From assembly GCA_965603825.1 (NCBI GenBank), contig CBFDEM010000016.1:186001-250000 (forward strand): a stretch of DNA of 64,000 bases. The letters are read 5' to 3'. Positions 57,781 to 64,000 of this stretch are shown here, piece after piece. A program made the position numbers and the translations under genes. Numbering within the stretch: position 1 is the first letter of the stretch; every line of letters starts with the position of its first letter. Under the pieces are notes generated by a model. The model saw nothing but the letters and a program-made list of their open reading frames with translations, was not told the origin of the DNA and made no database searches. This DNA is from Blepharisma stoltei ATCC 30299 (Eukaryota; Protista; Ciliophora).

Positions 57781-60141
57781 ATGGCATCATATTCATTTAC
57801 TTCAGAGCCTCGAGTTGTAGCAAACCGTACAGAAAAATACAAGCCAGAAGAGCGCATGACAATGAACCTCATGTACGACAAAAGAGTCTATCGTGGGCAC
57901 GTCCATGATATCCACAATATTCGAGCTGACATAACTCCTCAAGAACAAGAACGAATCCACCTAGAAAAAGAAAAAGAAACAAAGCAGCTCCAAATGATGC
58001 AGTCCCAGTTAGACGCTTTCAAGAATTCCAAAGTTAAACAAACGCCTTACGACATTCGTCCAGCAGCTGCAGCCCGCATTGAGGTAGATCTCACGTACTT
58101 TTTGACAGACCAAAAAGACATCAAGCCAGACGAAGCTGAAATCAACACTCAAACTGATGCATTTTTGCCTAAGCCGCCCTCTCCAAAATACGTCCCAAAG
58201 AAAACTGGTATTGATGTGACCACGCAGATTGAAGACGGCGATTTATTTAATTTTGATGAAGCAGTTGAGCCTATTTTGAATGTTTTAGTTTACAAAACGC
58301 TTGAACAGTCACTCCTAGAAGTAGAAGAAGAAACTGAATTTGATACTATGGAAACGTACAAAGAACAAAATAAGCAGAGAAAACATGAAGAACAAGCAGA
58401 GTGGGCAAAAGAAGTCAATGAAGAAATTGAAAGAATAAAAAAGAAGGATGCTGAGGTCCAGAAAGGAAGGACAAAGTATATGAAAACTGAAAACTTGGTA
58501 ATCAAATTTCAAAATTTGAACTTAGCAAAAACCTATTTAAGCCAGCTGATCCCAAAGACTGTTCGAAAGATATATGAAGATAATGTTTACCCAGAATATT
58601 TCCCACACTTATTGCATACTCATTATTTGCCGTTTTTGCTTGATAAAACTGTTGAAAAGATCAAGACAAAAGAAGCAGCCTCACAAGTTCCAGACTCAAT
58701 ATTAAGCTCGGCGGCCACAGATTTGATTAATTCAAGAAAAGAATTAATTAAAAGCCACAAGATAAAAGCTGCAAAGCAAAAATTGAGGCTTCTTAATTTC
58801 AGTGATGATGTGCGCTTTGTGAGATTTCTATATGTGAATCCTAGATATATAGCTCAATCAGAATTCACAATGAGAATTGAAACGAAAATTAAAGGGGAAG
58901 AATACAGACGCCCTGAAGAAGACTCTTTGCTATTAAAAGATATTGAGCCTCAAGAAGAACAATCAAGCATGTCGATTCATGAAGAAGAGAAATCAAAAGT
59001 GTATAGCGAAAAGCCATTGGAAGAGCCTAAAGAGATCCAAAGACCAGAATGGGCTAAGTTTACTACTATTCAAATTGATAATTTCAAACGTATAGGTTTT
59101 GCCTTAGCAAATCACCCATTTTTAGATACTCCAAAGGACGGAAGAAAATATGGAGTTAAAGCTGAGATCTATAGTGAAAATGGGCATCTAATTGGCAGAG
59201 TAGATATTAATAGCTCTCAAGTGCCCCAGGGATTTAAAGTTTATAGCAGCTGCCGTAATGCTAGCCTTAAAACATCTGATGATGAAAAAATTGTGATTAA
59301 GCTTGAGGAGCTTCCTGATGCAGCCCATCACATTATTCTCTATGCTTCTACAGTCAGAAACATTGCTACAGAATTCAAACACGCCAAATATCATATCTTT
59401 GACTTTGAAACTTCTCAAGACATAGATTCTAAGTTCATCAATGCTGAAGAGTTCCAGCCACTTGAGGAGCAAGGCATAGCTCCTCTATATCTAGCTTATA
59501 AAATTTCCAAAACTGAATGAAACCCTCGCCTTATACAAGTCACTTTAAACCCAGATAACACTCCTAATATTGAGTATCCGAAAACTCCTCAACATTGGGT
59601 ACTTGAGATATTTAACTTGCCAGTCAATAAACCATTTGAGGGAGCCAGCAAAACGATTCAGGAAACTATTGAGGAAGGATATAAATATTTGAATGAGTTT
59701 GGAGAAGAGCTCTCTCAATATAAAACTCGCAAATTAATAGAGGAGGCTGAGTATAAAAAACTTCAAATGGAAGAAGCTTCAAAAAAGAAGAAAAAACGAA
59801 ACAAGAATAAGGAAAAGCAGATTGTCGCACCTTGGAAAATGGCTGAGTATGTTCCAAGGCCATATGAGTACCCTAATACTTCATTTGGTCCATTCCATCT
59901 AGATATTAGGAAGATATCAATAGAAGAAATCAATGAGCTAGTGAAATCAGGGACAGACCAAGAGCTTTTAAATAAGTTTGAAAACGGTTTTTGTTTGAAG
60001 ATAAGAAATCATGAGCTCAAAGAGCCATTACTTATTTTAAAGGCAAAAACTCTCTGCGATCTAAAAATATTGGAATATTTCCCACCACCTCCTCCTCCAG
60101 AGCCAGAAATGGCAGAAATAACAATGCGAGAAGAAGATTAA
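57781..60141 (+). CDS. RSP3: Radial spoke protein 3 (RSP3) paralog with C-terminal TerD-like extension (786 aa)
   Basis: NLMYDKRVYRG, KTGIDVTTQIEDGDLFNFDEAVEPILNVLVYKTLEQSLLEV. TGA=Trp at 59518 joins ORF 59617-60141. First ATG at 57781. Confidence 0.88.
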
Positions 60142-60193
60142 ACAACTTATCTATAATTTTTAATTATTCATAAAGCTTTTAAATATATCACAT

Positions 60194-61819
60194 TTAACTT
60201 ATCAGAAACTTATAGAGCTTTCTTGTTCTAAATCCTCTGAAAACAGACTGTATAAAAATAGCAGCTCCAAGAACTGCTTTATATAAGCTCTGTATTTGAT
60301 ACCTTCTTACATTTTTCTGAATGATAATAGCTGATTTTTTTATTCTTAAATATCTTTTCCTTGCCAGCCACATTCTTATATAGGCTTGAATCATTTTTAT
60401 ACTTTCATTTTGGTCTTCCAGCCTTGACTCTGGTATTGTCTGCAGCACCCTCATATCTTTGCAATATAAATTTGTTTTACTTTTAAATGGAATAGGTATC
60501 AGCTGCTTATATTTCCTCATTTCCTGCTTTATTACAACTTTTTGTTTTTCTCTCCTGAGATTTTCAAGCTCATCCATTGCTCTTTGAGCTTTAATTTGGG
60601 CGCTTTGGATTTTCCTGTTGAAAATTCTTAGTTTGATTTTTTTTAAGGCTTTATATTTTCTCCACGTTCTTTGGATTGCAATTGCAGCTTTTGACTGATG
60701 CATTTTATAGTTCTCGTGGCTTCATTCTTTATTTAAATCAGCTTGAATTCCAACTGATGGCTTTTGATAATCTACTGAGCTCGATGTTGATTTTGAGTAA
60801 ATTGTAGTGGAGTTTGTATCTTCAGAGCTATTTCTCAGCTCGTTCTCTATTAAGCTTAAAGCTTCATATTTTCTTTTTCTAAATGAATTACAGCTAATTG
60901 GAGGAACCAATGGAGGAGTCACTAGTGGCCGATATAAGGGAGCAGTAAATGTGGGACGAGCTTGAAGCTCAGGCTCAAAGTTCCAATATTTGCTCATTTC
61001 TGAGTCAAATGAATTTTCTTTGTAATATACAAGTTTCTTACTATTTCTTTTACTATTTGATCATGAAGTGTTGATTCGTGGTAGAAATTCCAGACTCTTT
61101 TTCGCAGGGACTGAATGTGGCACTTTTTTGTTTCCTCTCTTTCGAGGTGTAAATTGATCAGTTCTGGGTGACGATGAATTCCTGCTGCTATTTTTCTTTC
61201 TTTTTACCATCACACTATCTAATGACTGCGCATGCTCAGTTTCTGCAAGGCAGCTTCGTTTCAAACTAATTGTAAGCTGATGCGACTCCCCAAGGTGATT
61301 TTTTGCAAGCTCCCAGCCTGTCCTATATGCTTTTAGCGACTCCATTCTCTGTGAAAGATAATCGTACTCCAAGCCCATACTATGATATGCGATTGCTACA
61401 GAAACTCAATGGTTGGTCTTTTTGTCATTTTGTGTGTTTAGAGCTTTCAAAGCTTTCACTGCATGAGATAAGGCTTTGTCGTGGCTGCCAAGCTGAGAGA
61501 GAATTGCAGACATATTCAAATGGGTCCCTGCAAGATTAGCCACATCATGAGAAAAACGGTTTTCTTTTTCTAATGCAATGGTTAAATAGTTGAGGGCTTC
61601 TGGCAGTTGCCCAATTCTTTTGAAATAGCATCCGAAATTATTTAATGTGATTGATCAAAGCTGGTTGTACTTAGGAGCATCATCTAGCTTTTCTAATTTT
61701 TCCTTGGCTTTGATTAATTGGAAATGAGCTTGCTCGTAATTTTTATCCCGAAGGGACTCCATGGCTTGTTTGTTGAGTTTGAGAATGATTGACTCAGTAT
61801 TTTCTTTTGATTCTGACAT
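60194..61819 (-). CDS. TPR + IQ-motif protein (541 aa)
   Basis: ATG 61819. TPR-like ITLNNFGCYF..ALNYL..AL, THLNMSAILSQLG.H..AL. IQ motifs IQRTWR, IQAYIRMWLARK, IQKNVRR, IQSVFRG. TGA=Trp at 61655, 61406, 61061, 60722. Confidence 0.8.
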
Positions 61820-62016
61820 TTTAACGTTGAGTTCAACCTTTGTATGTAACAATTAATAGATTTATAAATTATTAAATTATCTTATCAACTTAGGAAGCTT
61901 TTAATATTAATATAGCTATTATAATGGATATTTTTAAAACAATGTTGGCTTATTTAAAAACTTCTGGAGCTTTTGATTTATTAAATTAACTTTCTTGGAG
62001 AAGTAATTTGCTTAAT

Positions 62017-63636
62017 TTACTTCCATATCATTGCAGATGTAGAAGAGGGCCGTTTAGTAGGGTTTGCAACATCTCCAGACGTTTTTGATGGTTGTGCTTG
62101 TCTAGAGCTTGATCTATACTTTAAAGAATTATATTTTGATGAATGATTTTTTGTATTCTCTTGGTTGGCTAAAAACTTTGCTTCAATATTATGAGATGCT
62201 GCAGGCTTAATTGAAGTGGAGAGATTGTTTATTGATTTAATTGGAACGGGTTTTGATTTAAAATTTAATTCAATAGGATTTTTGAGCATAAGTTTATGAA
62301 TTGTGCTATTTAAATTTCTTGGTGAAACTAATTCTTTTTCGATGAATTTCATAACATTATTGCTGATTTCGCCCTTATCTTCAGGTTTATTTCTGTTTTT
62401 TACATAAGAAACATTTTTGACCTCATCTTTGTGTTGCAAATTGTCAATTATAATTGTGCCATTAAAGTCTTTTGTTGTATAGTGCTCTTTTTCGGTAAGT
62501 TTCACAAAAGTATTTCAAGGAGCATGTGTAATCTCACCTTTGAGTTGTTTTGGTGATTGATTTTTCTCAATAGGTAGTGGCCCAATTTTATTTATTTTCG
62601 AATTATTCCTATTCCTTTCTCCAGGTGCTAAAGATTTGCTTCTATTGTTTTTGTTATTGTCTATATTATATGTTAATTCTTTTTTTTTACGATTGTCTTT
62701 GGTGTCATTTTCTTTAATCCTGTTAGTAATGCTTTGGAATGATAAATTATACCCTGCTCGTGTTTCAGCCTTATGTGCAGAACTTGAACGTCTAGGGAGA
62801 TTTTCGTCCTTATTCTTAAGATTACTTCTTGCTTGATTCTGATTCAAATATGATTCATACTTACTTTTCATTTCAACTGGGCTTTCAGTTTTATGCAATT
62901 TTATCTTTTTTATCAGATCGATCTCATATGTATACAAATTGGAGTTGCATTTAGGGCATTTTGTAAAGAAAGTATCAATAGTTTCTAATTTGCATCCACA
63001 TGAAAGCGTTATGACTCTAGACTCTTGAGCTTTTTTCTCAAAATCATTATTATTCAGATGAGCCAAAAGTTTTTGGAATGAGTCAAGAATCAAGAAAAAT
63101 ATATTATTTTCCAATATAACTAGCAAAATAATGTTAGCTGCATGAGAAGTCATTTCAATTACTCTGTAGTTCCTATCTCTTGACTCAGCAGTAATTATTA
63201 TCATACGGATCTTGAAATTCGAAAAATATGTTCTAAATGATTTCATGTTCTCATAAATGCTGCCTTTAATGTTTGCTGGTTGATTATCATACATTATTCT
63301 TGTTACTAAATTTTGTAAAAACGTAGAATACTCCATATAGTCTGGTTTATCAAACATTGATGATAAACTTTGTTGATGCTTCAATTTTAGCTCCTCGAAT
63401 TCATCTAATAGTCCAATTTCAAATACCCTTTCTTTATCTACGTTTATGAAGGATTTAGCTAAATCGTTCTTTTGTAGCTGTTGATTTGTCAAAAAGATGA
63501 GAAGCCCATTCAATCAGACTTCATCTATATTTCTTAAAACACAAAACTCAGTAATATTCGCTTTAATAAATCCTAAATGATCTTCAATGAATTTTTTTAG
63601 AACTAGGTCTGCTTCATTGATGCTTCTACGATTCAT
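62017..63636 (-). CDS. Hypothetical protein with a Cys cluster (LSCGC..CPKC) and low-complexity tail (539 aa)
   Basis: ATG 63636; TGA=Trp at 63514 and 62515 join three ORFs to TAA at 62017. Confidence 0.7.
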
Positions 63637-63774
63637 AAATTTATTATCTATACATTTTAAACAATAACTACCCAGCAAAAGTGCCAAGCAATATTTAAGT
63701 CTTTCAAGAAGAAACAATAATTTAAAGCCAATTTATAAATTTCTCACTTTAATATACGCAGTTAAAACATTAAA

Positions 63775-64000
63775 ATGCTTAACATGGAAGAGTTTTCACG
63801 AGCTGAATTTTGAAAATATGCTTCTCAAAAGATACAGAATTTATTGGATTTTTCTTTAAGAGTCAACAATGAAGATCTCCTTTACAGCGTTAATGACCCT
63901 GGATCTCATCATCTTTATACTCCACAACCTTCAACAAAAATTAATCTCAAGACTTCCAAATTTTGTAGGAATTACAAAATATATAGCCCTCTGTCGGATA
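63775..64000 (+). CDS. 5' part of a hypothetical gene running off the window end
   Basis: TAAAATG at 63775, MLNMEEFSRAEF-W(TGA)-KYASQKIQ...; open to 64000. Confidence 0.6.

Noticed and set aside
5454-61930. Recurring TATCC/GGATA (about 14) and CCATAA/TTATGG (about 12) words in spacers as a promoter motif
   Set aside because: A rough expectation for AT-rich spacers is similar to the TATCC count and only a few-fold below the CCATAA count. Position and orientation are inconsistent, so a genome-wide test is needed.
5955-63516. In-frame TGA as selenocysteine or nonsense mutations
   Set aside because: Where alignable, TGAs fall at conserved Trp positions, not Cys positions, across many unrelated families.
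63637-63774. Upstream extension of the 62017 gene from TTG 63717
   Set aside because: In-frame TAA upstream and no ATG before 63636; the region is better read as a divergent promoter shared with the gene starting at 63775.
1-64000. tRNA, rRNA, snRNA genes, CRISPR arrays, transposases
   Set aside because: None recognisable by eye; a covariance-model scan would be needed to exclude divergent ncRNAs.

Overview
This is gene-dense, AT-rich eukaryotic DNA from a heterotrich ciliate, most likely the somatic (macronuclear) genome of Blepharisma. Three direct observations support this. (1) About 41 in-frame TGA codons (hand count) join the fragmented ORFs into full genes, many at invariant Trp positions (Myb, SAM, ankyrin, PP2C, kinase, MORN), and every complete gene then ends in TAA or TAG, so UGA=Trp. 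(2) Five 15-nt spliceosomal introns (GTAA-N5-A-NN-TAG) are visible. (3) Intergenic spacers are as short as 11-22 nt and no CDS is interrupted by an IES. With this code I can rebuild about 42 protein genes. Most are housekeeping or signalling genes: BEACH protein, RLP7, CTDSP, two Mybs, VPS9, carboxypeptidase, DLD, PP2C, ZNF598, ArfGAP, RPB10, RPS18, kinases, LSM12, OPLAH, two CCT proteins, MORN, SINA, DEAD-box helicase, cathepsin L and RSP3. The standout is a 1705-aa gene (17277-22394, minus) that the ORF track splits into six pieces. Its architecture is PB1-like, coiled coil, catalytically intact CHAT (caspase-like) protease, Cys/His cluster, STAND NTPase, helical/TPR-like region, degenerate CHAT, second STAND NTPase. 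It looks like an internally duplicated NLR-like protease receptor. Other notable items are a motor-less dynein-MTBD-like protein, a CDPK pseudokinase, an RSP3-TerD-like fusion, a WG/zinc-knuckle DEAD-box helicase and two structured intergenic elements. All domain calls were made by eye, with no database search.
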